Positions 36,955-46,547 of a stretch of DNA of 64,000 bases are shown piece after piece (within the stretch, counting starts at the first letter, position 1; every line of letters begins with the position of its first letter). The position numbers and the translations under genes were made by a program. The DNA comes from a virus, in the IMG/VR virus record IMGVR_UViG_3300031576_000014, positions 1-64,000 of that record, one strand, 5' to 3'. The notes below the pieces were generated by a model. That model saw nothing but the letters and a program-made list of their open reading frames with translations, was not told where the DNA came from and ran no database searches.

Positions 36955-38218
36955 TCAAAACGGGATGTCGTCCCCGCGATCGACCGTGCCTGGTGGTGGA
37001 CGTTCGTCACCTGCGCCCGCTTTTTTTGCCGTCCTTCTTGGACGCCACCTCTTTTTCCGACGCCGGTGCGTCCTCGTCGACCTCGTACTCGCACCCGCAG
37101 CGCGGGCACTTGTCCATCTTCGGATGCATCGGCTCGTTGCAGTCGTCGCACGGGATCCACCCTGTCTTGTCCTCCTCCCCTTTCGGCTTCTCCGCTTTCT
37201 TGCGGCCGGAGCGGGCGCGGTCCTGCCTCTCCTCTTCGCCGCCGCCGCGGCGCTCGACTTCTCTGTCGTGCTCCCTCTTCGCAGCCACCTTCCTGAAAAG
37301 CTTCTCCCAGGGAAAATCGACGACCGCGTACTTCTCCATCACGGCGCGGAGCGTTGCCTGGTTCATCGGTTCGAGGAAGACGGACAGGTCCGGGGGCTCT
37401 CCCCGGATCAGCTTCTCGATCTCCGGCGTGATCTTCGCGCGCTCGTACGGCCGCGCATGGTAGCGCTTGTTGAACGCGATCCCCTTCGACCCGTCGTACG
37501 TCAGCTCGATCGCGTACGGCCGGATCATCGGGTTGCCATCCTCCTCGCGGTCGAGCGTCGCCATCCGGTCGCTGATGACCGTCTTGATCTTGTCGCCCAC
37601 GTCCTGCGGCTGGATCGCGATCTGGACGCCGTCGCTCGCCTTCTCGTTGTTGACCACGGTCATCGCGTACTGGAGCTTCGCCATGCCGTTCTCGCGCCAG
37701 GCCTCGCTCGGGCGTATCCCGTGCTCCTTCAGGTCCTCCTCCTCCTCCTCGTCCAGCTCCCGCCCGAAGAGCGCGAGCATCCCGCCGGCGTGCAGCGTGA
37801 CGTTGTCGTCGTCGCTCGTCGCCCCCGTGAACTCGAAGACCGGGTCCGTCCAGGCGAGATCGCCCGCCTCGACCGCCACGGAGAGGTGCTCGAGCAAGAA
37901 GCACATCCCGCACTCCTGCGGCCTCTCCTTCCGGCTCCCGTCGTCGTGCGTCTTGTACTGCCTGCGGAGCACCTGCTCGTTCTCCGGGCAGTTGTGCACC
38001 AACGAAACCCAGCGGACCGTTGTTTTCCCCCTCTCTTCCTTGACGATTTGCTTCGGAAACCGGTGGCCCCACTTCGCCACCGGGAACCGCTTCGTGTGCA
38101 GCCAGACGACGATGCGTCCGTCGTCCTTCCAGTCCTCCAGCAGATCCCCTCCTCCGCGCTCGACGCCGCGGTGCTTGAGGAAGTCGTCGATAGAGTTGAA
38201 CTCTCCCCTGTCTGCCAT
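36955..38218 (-). CDS. Single-stranded DNA-binding protein (ORF as read ends at 37007; DDIPF tail in +1 frame ends at 36955)
   Basis: Acidic protein between PolB and RecA; GDDIPF-stop lies just beyond an A7 run. Confidence 0.65.
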
Positions 38219-38966
38219 CTGCTTTTTCTCCCGCGCCTCTAGTTCGATCTAGGGGGTCCTTGGGGCCCTCGAAGTCACAGATGCCGCCCTATCGGCGTCC
38301 CGGGGGCCTCAGCGGACGGTTCTTGAGCACCTCCGGGGTCGGGACCTCCTTCCCCCTCGGAGGCTTCTCGCTCCACCAAGCCGGCGGAGCCGGGTCGATC
38401 TCCCGCTGCCCGCGCGTCCGCTCGACGAACCAGGCGTGGACGACGAGGTTGCCGGCGGTGCCCTTCCCGAAAACCTCCGAGTCGTCGTGCAGGGCGCTCT
38501 TCGGGATCCAGCGGACGTCGTCGTGGCGCTCGCGCGAGCGCGGAACGACCCTCAGGTCCGGCCCGCTCGCCAGGATCGCTTCCTCCGTCTCGACCGCGCA
38601 CTCGCACCCGGGAAAGACGTAGACCGGTGCGTCGTCAGACGCACGGCTCATTCTTCACCAGACCCGCCAAAGGATCCCCTTCGCCTGCCTCGACCGCCCG
38701 GGAACGCCACGTCTCTGATTCGACGATGTAGTTCGCACAGACCAGCGCGGCCTCTTCGTCGTGCGGCTTGAACGCGACCTCCGCGATCGCCCTCCGCTGC
38801 ACCGCCATGTAGCGGTTCGACGGACGCTTGTCGCTCTCCTGACCCGGTCGATACTCCTTCCAGACCGCGCGCCGGAGCAGGGCCGGCACGCGGTACCAGT
38901 GGTTCTTGCACATGAACATGTGCGGCGGGATCTCCTTCGCGCACCCGTGAGCGTGGCAAGCGTGCC

Positions 38967-39752
38967 TCAACGGCGGCCCGCCATCGTGTTCAGGGAACGG
39001 CACCGGCTCTCCCATGCCTCGACGAGATGCTTGAGCGATTCGACCGTCGCCTTCGCGCGCGAGCGGGAGCGCTCCTGCGAGCGGTACTCGTCCGGGAAAA
39101 GCTCGGCGCACTTCATCTCGACGTCCTTGTCCGTGATCGTCTTGTTGCGCCGGCCCGCCTCCTTCTCCGCCTGGAGGAGCTTCGTCGACTCCGCCCAGAG
39201 CGTCGCGAAGACGACGTTGTTCTCCCTCTCGTAGTCCTCCTGCACGACCTTCGCCGTCACGTAGAGCTTGTTCGCCTGCCGCGAGTTCTTCTCCGCCTCG
39301 TCGAGCGCGCGCAGGACGAGCCCGTGCTCCGTCCGCCCGTCGCCCAGCTTGAGGATCTTCTCGAGCCGCTCCCAGACCTTCGGGATCTCCGCGTCCTGGA
39401 GAAAGATGCGCTCGACCGCGTACGCGAACCCTCCTGGCAGCGGAACCTTCTTCGGCGCGTTCGCGCTCTCCCAGACGAGGGCGCGCGTCGACTCCGCGCG
39501 GTCCTTCTCCTCCCGCTTCGCTCCGCTCTCGAGCGCGCGCCCCAGGTCCGCGCTCGTCTCGTCCACCTTCTTCTTCTTGTCGCCCATCTCACGGTGAAGC
39601 CTCGACGCCTCCTCGTCGCAGCGGGGACAGTACTCCGCATAGTCGATCTTGTGGCGCTCGCAGAAGCGGTCGAGCGGTGTTGTTTCCGTCGAAGACGCCG
39701 GCGGGGCCGGGTCGATGATCTGAGCCGCGGCCACCGCCTTTTTCCTTCTCAC
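38967..39752 (-). CDS. Coiled-coil protein, possibly UvsY-like recombination mediator
   Basis: ITDKDVE...DEY...AWESR; genomic context. Confidence 0.4.
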   Translation of the reverse strand: MRRKKAVAAAQIIDPAPPASSTETTPLDRFCERHKIDYAEYCPRCDEEASRLHREMGDKKKKVDETSADLGRALESGAKREEKDRAESTRALVWESANAPKKVPLPGGFAYAVERIFLQDAEIPKVWERLEKILKLGDGRTEHGLVLRALDEAEKNSRQANKLYVTAKVVQEDYERENNVVFATLWAESTKLLQAEKEAGRRNKTITDKDVEMKCAELFPDEYRSQERSRSRAKATVESLKHLVEAWESRCRSLNTMAGRR

Positions 39753-42331
39753 AGCAAGCTCGCCTCCCAGGCTTCCGTTGCCGCCCGCGCTGCCAGGCGA
39801 AGCCCGTAGATCTCCGCGAGCATCCGCTGCGACCCGGAGACGCGCAGCCTCGAATCAAGGACAGCAAGGGCACCGGACGCGAGCCGCACGTGAAGGACAA
39901 GCTGCTTCGTGCCCGGGTAGCGGACGACCGCGGCCTTGATGTCCTCGAACACGCCCTCCTCGCTCTCCAGGAGATCGACGACGCACGCGCCCGCTGCCGG
40001 CGTCGACGCCTCGAAGCCGAGCTGCCCTTCGAGGACGCGCGCCTTCCGCCCGCGCGCCTTCGGGGGACGCACACGCTCGTAGCCCGTCTTCCAGTCGACG
40101 TCCGGGAAGGCCGCCTCGAGCAGCGCCTGCGTCGGCTTGTAGACCTGCTTCTCCCAGTAATAGAAGCGGTCGACGTCGACGTCCCCGTACTGGTCGATCG
40201 GCAGCACGACCTGCGGCGAGACGGAACCGTCTGCGACGAAGTATTCGACCCTCGTCCCCTCCCCGACGTGCTCCCCACGCTCGCGCAAGGCGCGCGCGAC
40301 GCGCACGTGCGCCGGCTCCGTGCCCTTTTCGTCATCGTCCCCGCCGCCCTTGCCGTACTCGTGAAGGGGCTTCGAGATCCCCTTCACGATCACGATCTCC
40401 TCGACAGGCAGTTGATCGTTGAGCACGTGCCGGAGTGCGCGGTCGAGCGCCTCGCGGTAGGGCTCCGCCCGGAGATGCCCCTTCCCGATGAGGTCGATCA
40501 TCTCTCCCTGAAGCCTGCGCGTCAGGAGGGCTGCGTCGCCGCGCTTGTACGCGAGTCCTTTGATCTCCGGTTTCGCCCCCGCCTCCGCCTGCTTGCCCTT
40601 GTAGTGCTCCCAGAACCCGACGTAGCTCTTGGCAGCGACGATCACGAGAGACCTGAACTTCTTCTCGTACGCGAGCTTGACCTCGTTGCGGACGCAGCCG
40701 GCCTCCCTCAGCATGGCCGGGAACAGCTCCGCGTTGCACCACGCGACGAAGGCCGCGAACTCCGTGTCCGAGACGTTGTCGACGAAGATGGCGTCCGTGT
40801 CGCCGTACCCGACGCGCAGGCTCCGCTCCGCCGCCGCCGCGATCGTGCTCTTCAGCAACCAAACGCCGTTCTGCGTGATCGACTCCGCGACGCGCTTGTC
40901 GAAGTAGCGCGAGAACATCGACCCGACGACCCCGTAGAACGCGAGCCCTACGACCTTGTACGCCGCCGACTTCCTGCCCGCCGCGTGCCACGCTTCCGTG
41001 CCCGGCGGAAGCTCCGCCTTCTTCTCGACCCAAACCTGGCGCTTGCTCATCAGGTCGCGCAGCGCCGTCGGCAAGATGCCCTCCGCACCGTTGTCGAAGT
41101 GGTGGCCGGTGAGGGGACAGCGGCAGAGACCTTCGGGGACCGGGCCCGCCGGGGACGCGTCCCGCCAGGTCTCTGGGCTCATGTTCCACGTCAAGATGAT
41201 CGACGGGTAGATCGACGCGAAGTCCGCGACGTGGACGCCGCGGGCGATCCCGCGAAACTCCGGCTCCATCACGTGCGCGCCCTCGTACTGCTCCGGCTTC
41301 AGACCCTCCTTGTAGAACTTCGTCGGGAAGCGCACGCCGCGCTCCTGCCCGAGCCGGAGCATGTAGCCGTCCATCTGCTGCGTCGGAAGGAGCCCGCGCG
41401 AGTCCGGGAGCACGCGGCAGACCTCCGCGATCGTGTTGAAGAGGTCGCCGAAGCCGGTCTTCTCCTCGATCTCGCGGAGAAGCACCGCATCCTTCAGGTT
41501 GTACTTCGGAAGGCGAGGATCCTTCGCCGCCCACGACTCGTACGTCCGGGACGCGTCGAAGTCGTCCTTCCCGTGTCCGAGGATCGCCGTCGCGATGCTG
41601 TGGAGCTTCATCGACTGCTTCTCGTCGCCGCTCTCCGCGCTCATCTTGTTCATGCGCTCGAAGAGCGCGAGATGGTCGAGGTAGTGGAGCCTCCGCGTCT
41701 CGACTCCGAGGTTCAGGAGGTCCGTTCGCGCCCACCAGACGGGAAAGTCGAAACCGTCGCCGGACCAGGCGAGAACCTGGTCGTAGCCCTCCATCAGCTC
41801 CCAAAGCTCGCCGAGCAGGTCGCCCTCGGCGCCGTTCGTCTCCTCCGCGAGCACGCGCACGAGAGCGGTCTCCCCGTCGTCGACGACCGCCCAGGAAAGG
41901 ACGCGCGCGTCCTCTTTGCGCGAGAAGGGCACGCGCGAGTCGATCTCGAAGTCGACGTAGCAGCGGCGCGGCTTCTCGATCGTCGCTCCCGTGTCGGTGA
42001 ACCATCGCCGCACCGCTCCGACGTCTGCCTCGTACGTCTTGACGCCCTTCGAGTCGAAGAAGGACGTGTTCTCCCCGCGCGTCCGGCACATCTGGGATCG
42101 CACGTAGTCGTCCTTGAAGCCGAGCCTTGCCCAGCTCCCCTCGACCTTGAACTCCCGCGTGAAGCGCGAGCTGCGAAGCTGGCGCGCGAGCGCTTCGTCG
42201 ACGTCCGCGGCGCGGAGGTACGCGACCCACTCCGCGCGCTCGCGGCGCTCGAAGAGCTTCCCCTGCGCGTCGCGCCGCCAGATCGAGACCTGGTTGCCGT
42301 CGACGAACGCGCTCAGGATCGGGTCGGTCAT
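39749..42331 (-). CDS. Family B DNA polymerase
   Basis: Exo motifs DFE, FDF, YNLKD; Pol motifs DFASIYPSII, K..GLAFYG, YGDTD. Confidence 0.95.
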   Translation of the reverse strand: MTDPILSAFVDGNQVSIWRRDAQGKLFERRERAEWVAYLRAADVDEALARQLRSSRFTREFKVEGSWARLGFKDDYVRSQMCRTRGENTSFFDSKGVKTYEADVGAVRRWFTDTGATIEKPRRCYVDFEIDSRVPFSRKEDARVLSWAVVDDGETALVRVLAEETNGAEGDLLGELWELMEGYDQVLAWSGDGFDFPVWWARTDLLNLGVETRRLHYLDHLALFERMNKMSAESGDEKQSMKLHSIATAILGHGKDDFDASRTYESWAAKDPRLPKYNLKDAVLLREIEEKTGFGDLFNTIAEVCRVLPDSRGLLPTQQMDGYMLRLGQERGVRFPTKFYKEGLKPEQYEGAHVMEPEFRGIARGVHVADFASIYPSIILTWNMSPETWRDASPAGPVPEGLCRCPLTGHHFDNGAEGILPTALRDLMSKRQVWVEKKAELPPGTEAWHAAGRKSAAYKVVGLAFYGVVGSMFSRYFDKRVAESITQNGVWLLKSTIAAAAERSLRVGYGDTDAIFVDNVSDTEFAAFVAWCNAELFPAMLREAGCVRNEVKLAYEKKFRSLVIVAAKSYVGFWEHYKGKQAEAGAKPEIKGLAYKRGDAALLTRRLQGEMIDLIGKGHLRAEPYREALDRALRHVLNDQLPVEEIVIVKGISKPLHEYGKGGGDDDEKGTEPAHVRVARALRERGEHVGEGTRVEYFVADGSVSPQVVLPIDQYGDVDVDRFYYWEKQVYKPTQALLEAAFPDVDWKTGYERVRPPKARGRKARVLEGQLGFEASTPAAGACVVDLLESEEGVFEDIKAAVVRYPGTKQLVLHVRLASGALAVLDSRLRVSGSQRMLAEIYGLRLAARAATEAWEASLL

Positions 42332-42353
42332 CTCTGCGTTGGTTTGCCGCCCC

Positions 42354-42373
42354 ACGTAAACCGCGGTTTACGT
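42354..42373. repeat. 20-bp palindrome copy 6
   Basis: Intergenic, upstream of PolB. Confidence 0.97.
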
Positions 42374-42384
42374 CGACCGCCTGG

Positions 42385-43488
42385 CTATTCTTCGCGCCTG
42401 TCGACCGGGACGACGGAAAGCTCGAGCTGCCCGGTGCTGCTCTCCCGGACGGCGATCTCGAGGTGGACCCCGTTCGTCCCCTCGACGACGCCGTACGGTT
42501 GGTCGGCGAGCCTCCGCGCCGGCTTCGGCTCCTGGCCCCTCTTCGCCGGCCTCGCCCAGAGCTTGACGCGCTGGCGCTCCGCCGGGACGAGGATGGTGAG
42601 CGTCTTCTCCCGCCTGTTCTTCTCCGTCGACGCCCTCGTCGCCGCCTCCGTCCGCGCCCCCGCCTTCGCCTTGCGCCGCTTGCCCTTCTCGAGCTGCTCG
42701 CGCACCTGCTGGTGGGACGGCACCGCTCCCCCCTCCGTCAGCTTGCCCCGCGTCTCGACGTCGAGCTTGACCATCAGCCGGAGCGTCTTCCCGCTGTTGA
42801 ACTTCTTCGCCTGCTCCTCCGTGAAGTTCTCCGCAACCTCCATCAGCGAGTAGATGTACTGCGGCGTGAAGTTCAGCTCGCCCTCGCAGAACTGGTTGAA
42901 GCCCTTGTACTTCGGCTTCCCTGCGTCGTCGCTGCGCTGCTTCCAAAGCTCCGTCTTGTAGACGGCGCGGAAGATGTAGTCGCCGAGCTTCCACGCCCAG
43001 AGTGCCCCGTCGCCCTTCATCTGCTGGATGCGCGCGACCGCCTCGTCGAGGGCGCGCGTGCCCGCCGTCGTTCCTCCCCCGCCCGCGAGCGCGAGCGACC
43101 TCGTCTGCTGCTGCTTCTCCGCGTTCTCCATCTTCAGCTCCTCTTCTTCGGGTTCGTCGCCCGCGTCCTCGTCGCTTTCCTTCTCCCCGCTGAGCGGGGC
43201 ACGGTCCGCGTCGCCGCAGAACGGACAGTGGTCGAGCGCGGCGTCCGAGTCGCCCCCGCACCGGTCACACGTCGCGCGGTCCTCTGTCGGGATCGATTCG
43301 TAGAACTTCGCGAGGTCGGCCACCGCCCTCGCGACCCCGGCCTCGTCCGTCGAGATCTCCGTGCCCAGGGCGTCCAGACACGCCTTTTTGAGCACCTCGA
43401 CGGAGACCTCCCCGAGGTCGACGTCGGCGACCTTTCCATGAAGCTTCTTCTTCGCTGCGCTCGTTTTCTTCTTCCGGCGGCTGCTCAC
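42385..43488 (-). CDS. Hypothetical DNA-binding protein with Zn ribbon
   Basis: CDRC...CPFC; FNQFCEGELNFTPQYIYSLM HTH-like segment. Confidence 0.65.
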   Translation of the reverse strand: MSSRRKKKTSAAKKKLHGKVADVDLGEVSVEVLKKACLDALGTEISTDEAGVARAVADLAKFYESIPTEDRATCDRCGGDSDAALDHCPFCGDADRAPLSGEKESDEDAGDEPEEEELKMENAEKQQQTRSLALAGGGGTTAGTRALDEAVARIQQMKGDGALWAWKLGDYIFRAVYKTELWKQRSDDAGKPKYKGFNQFCEGELNFTPQYIYSLMEVAENFTEEQAKKFNSGKTLRLMVKLDVETRGKLTEGGAVPSHQQVREQLEKGKRRKAKAGARTEAATRASTEKNRREKTLTILVPAERQRVKLWARPAKRGQEPKPARRLADQPYGVVEGTNGVHLEIAVRESSTGQLELSVVPVDRREE

Positions 43489-44138
43489 GGGGACACCTCC
43501 ATCGCGATGCTCCTCACTATGCCGCGCACGTCCGCCCGCGCGTGCTCCCGGCTCTGCCAGCGGTAGCGGAGCCTTTCGCGGCAGTCGTCGTAGATCTCGT
43601 CCGCCGCGGCGTCCGCGTCGCGCGCGCCCGCGTACGCGCGCAGGACGTCCTGGAAAGGCAGCCTCGCTATCGCGCGCCGGAGGTCGAGCGCCTCCTCCTG
43701 GCCGTCCTCGACCGGGATCTCCACGTCCCCCGCCTCTTCTCCGGCCTTCGCAAGGCTGCTCATGGGTGCCTCGAACCGGGACGGACCCTTCCTCCGGTGC
43801 TGCTCCGCCCCGCGCGCCTTGTGCGCGACCTTGATCGTCGCCTTGATGGCCGCGAAAGAAACGAAGGACCAGGCCGGACAGCCGCGCGCCGCGTCGAACT
43901 TCCCGACCGCCTTCCACGCGAAGAAAAGCAGTTCCTGATAAAGGTCCTCCGCCGTCATCCAGGTCGGCAGACGGAACGAGCGCGCGATCGCGTGCGCGCG
44001 GCCCCTCCACGCCGGCGCTGTCCCGCGCACGAACTGCTCGAAGGTGACGGACCCGTCTCTCGCCCCGCGGGCGATCTCCTCGTTGTTCATCTTCCACGCT
44101 CCCGGCGCCTTGGGCGCCCTCTGCGAAAACGACTGCAC
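43485..44138 (-). CDS. Sigma-70 family sigma factor (region 2)
   Basis: AEDLYQE...WKAVGKFDAARG...FVSFA. Confidence 0.75.
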   Translation of the reverse strand: MQSFSQRAPKAPGAWKMNNEEIARGARDGSVTFEQFVRGTAPAWRGRAHAIARSFRLPTWMTAEDLYQELLFFAWKAVGKFDAARGCPAWSFVSFAAIKATIKVAHKARGAEQHRRKGPSRFEAPMSSLAKAGEEAGDVEIPVEDGQEEALDLRRAIARLPFQDVLRAYAGARDADAAADEIYDDCRERLRYRWQSREHARADVRGIVRSIAMEVSP

Positions 44139-44209
44139 GATCCCTTGGGGATCGATCCATTCTTAGCCGCCGCGCACTGCGTTTGGAAGCGCTTTCTCGG
44201 CCTGTTCCG

Positions 44210-44229
44210 ACGTAAACCGCGGTTTACGT
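44210..44229. repeat. 20-bp palindrome copy 7
   Basis: Intergenic, upstream of the sigma factor. Confidence 0.97.
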
Positions 44230-44300
44230 GAGGGCGGTCATCGAAGTCCCGCGCGAACGCGCGGTGTTCGCCCGCAATGCCTTACGATCCGCTTCAACTG

Positions 44301-44843
44301 TCACTTTTCGGCCGTCTCCCTGAGCCGACGAGCGAGGTCGGCGAGCTGGTCGAGCGACGCTTCGCGCTGCTCCGTCCTCTCCACGTGGATCTCGAGCGCC
44401 TGCGCGACCGTCTCCCGGAAGCCGTCGAGCACGTCCGCCGTCAGGTCCTCGTCGACGGGCGCGCGGAACACGAGCCTCTCGCGGTTCGTCCGCCGCACGA
44501 AGAGGAGCCGCCCGAGCCGCCCGAGCACGAGCACCTCTGGATCGTCGTAGCGGACCGGCTTGTCCCGGTTCTGCTCCGCGCTGAGCACCCGCAGCCCCTG
44601 GAAAGGCTCGAACGTCCCGGGGATCGTCTTGCCGGCGTCGATCCCCCGGGTCTCTGTGTAGGAGCACGTCAGGTTCGGCAGCCCCCGGAGCGGCTCGCCG
44701 CGGAGCGCCTCGACCAGCCGATCCTCGAGCGCCCTGACAGCCTTCCTCGCCTCGTCGTTCGCCATCGCCCGTTTCTCCGAGAGCCGGCGCGAGCCCCGCG
44801 AGGTCTCGTCGAAGAGAAGATCGAGAGCCGCGCTCGTGCCCAT
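44301..44843 (-). CDS. Hypothetical protein
   Basis: Protein-like ORF. Confidence 0.55.
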   Translation of the reverse strand: MGTSAALDLLFDETSRGSRRLSEKRAMANDEARKAVRALEDRLVEALRGEPLRGLPNLTCSYTETRGIDAGKTIPGTFEPFQGLRVLSAEQNRDKPVRYDDPEVLVLGRLGRLLFVRRTNRERLVFRAPVDEDLTADVLDGFRETVAQALEIHVERTEQREASLDQLADLARRLRETAEK

Positions 44844-44869
44844 GCCTCTAGTGGAGAACAATGCCGCCT

Positions 44870-45067
44870 TCAGGGCAAGCTCGGCAGCCGGTAGCGCCGC
44901 CGCCAACGGTCGCGCACCTCGTTGACGCGCGCCCCCAGCCCCCGGACGGTCAGGGTCTTCTTCAGGCACCCGTACGTCGTGCGCAGCTCCTCCGCCGCCT
45001 TCCTCGCGTCACCCTTGCACGCTTCGAACGCCGAGAGAATCTCCTCGTCCGTTATCGCCGAGCGCAT
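44870..45067 (-). CDS. Small Fis-like HTH protein
   Basis: ILSAFEACKGDARKAAEELRTTYGCL. Confidence 0.55.
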   Translation of the reverse strand: MRSAITDEEILSAFEACKGDARKAAEELRTTYGCLKKTLTVRGLGARVNEVRDRWRRRYRLPSLP

Positions 45068-46007
45068 CGATGATCCTTTGCCTCAAGGCCGGCCTTCCGA
45101 GGTCGGCCGCGTCCGTGCCCTCCGGCAATCTTACCCGCAACGTCTTCGCATGGCGCGCGAGCGCCCCCTCGAGCGCCTTCGCCGCCTTCTCCCCCGCCGC
45201 GTCCGGGTCGGTCAGGAGAAGGACGAGCTTCCAGGTCGAGAGCTTGCGCACGTACTCGCCGACGCGCGCGTCCGCGAGCGGGTTCGAGCCCGCGATGGCC
45301 GCGACGCAGAACGACGTCGCCTTCTCGACCGCGAGCGCGTTGACCGCCCCCTCGACGACCGCGACCGTGTGCCGGATCTCCTTGCGCACCCACCGCGCCT
45401 CGCCGAACATCACCCCCGTGTCCGCGCCCTCCTTCGGGTGCGGTTCCAGGTAGCGTTTGAGCTGCCCCGTGAACGTCCTGGCCGTGTACCCGCGAAGATC
45501 CCCGCGCGCGTCCCTGTACGGGAAAACGATGCGGCCCGCGAGCCTGCCCGAGAGCGCGTAGCCGATCCCCCAACACTTGACCTGCCAGTCATCGATCCCG
45601 CGCGAGAGCACGTAATCGCGCGCGGACGCCGGCCAACGCTCGAACGGGTCCCAGCAAACGCCCGGCGGGTCCCTCACCGGGTCGCTCCTCCGCAGAGGAC
45701 GGCGATCCCGCACCTCCAACCGCGTCGAACCGGGGAGTGGTGACGTGTCCTCTTCGCCCTTCAGCCAGACCCGCGCCTCCTCTCGCGGGACACCGAGGAC
45801 GTGCTCGGCGAGATCGAGCAGCGTGCCCCCGAACGAGCATGGATAGCAGTTGTGCCATCCGTCTTTCTTCGTCCCAGGCGCGTCGACGATGCGCCAGCTC
45901 GGCGTGCGGTCCGCGTGCCTCTTGTTCGGGCAGAGCGCCGTCCACTCCCGCCCGCGCTTCTTCGCGTCGATGCCGAGCCTCTTCAAAACGCGTTCGACTC
46001 GCGTCAT
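45009..46007 (-). CDS. DNA primase (Zn finger plus TOPRIM)
   Basis: CP...H.DRTPSW...CYPC; VVEG; DPDAAG. Confidence 0.88.
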   Translation of the reverse strand: MTRVERVLKRLGIDAKKRGREWTALCPNKRHADRTPSWRIVDAPGTKKDGWHNCYPCSFGGTLLDLAEHVLGVPREEARVWLKGEEDTSPLPGSTRLEVRDRRPLRRSDPVRDPPGVCWDPFERWPASARDYVLSRGIDDWQVKCWGIGYALSGRLAGRIVFPYRDARGDLRGYTARTFTGQLKRYLEPHPKEGADTGVMFGEARWVRKEIRHTVAVVEGAVNALAVEKATSFCVAAIAGSNPLADARVGEYVRKLSTWKLVLLLTDPDAAGEKAAKALEGALARHAKTLRVRLPEGTDAADLGRPALRQRIIDALGDNGRGDSLGVRSVQG

Positions 46008-46030
46008 GCGTCGTTTCTCACCTGCAATGC

Positions 46031-46396
46031 TCATCGGGCGTGTTCTGGATCGGGTTCCCTCAACCGCTCGAACAGGCTCGCAACGGCTTGCTCTACGCGG
46101 GAATCTTTGGAAACGAGCCTTCTGCGGATCTCGCGCTCCGCCAGAAGGACTGTCGTGTGGTTGCGCCGTTTGAACGCGCGGGCCAGCATCGGGTAGGACG
46201 CGTCCGTCCTCATGCGCGCCACGTACATCGCCACGTGCCGGGCGAAGGCGACCGGCCTCACGCGGCTCGGGCCGAGGAGATCGTCCAGCGAAACACCGAG
46301 CTGCTCGGCCGCCAAGCGCTGGATCCGGTCGACGATCGGCTCGGCCTGCATCCATTTTTGGCGCCACTCTCCGGCACGCTGTCTTTTGATGATCAC
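46031..46396 (-). CDS. DnaA C-terminal (domain IV) HTH protein
   Basis: SR..PVAFARHVAMY...SYPMLARAFKRRNHTTV. Confidence 0.85.
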   Translation of the reverse strand: MIIKRQRAGEWRQKWMQAEPIVDRIQRLAAEQLGVSLDDLLGPSRVRPVAFARHVAMYVARMRTDASYPMLARAFKRRNHTTVLLAEREIRRRLVSKDSRVEQAVASLFERLREPDPEHAR

Positions 46397-46547
46397 CGCC
46401 GCACCTTCGATCGCTTGCGCTTGAGCGTGCGCGCGCGGACGAGGATCGAGTACTCCGCATCTTTCTCGCACTCGCGCAGCAGCTCATCGTAATCCAAACG
46501 CCGCCATCGTCCCCCGGCTGCGTCGAGCATCTCCAGCACTCGCTTGC

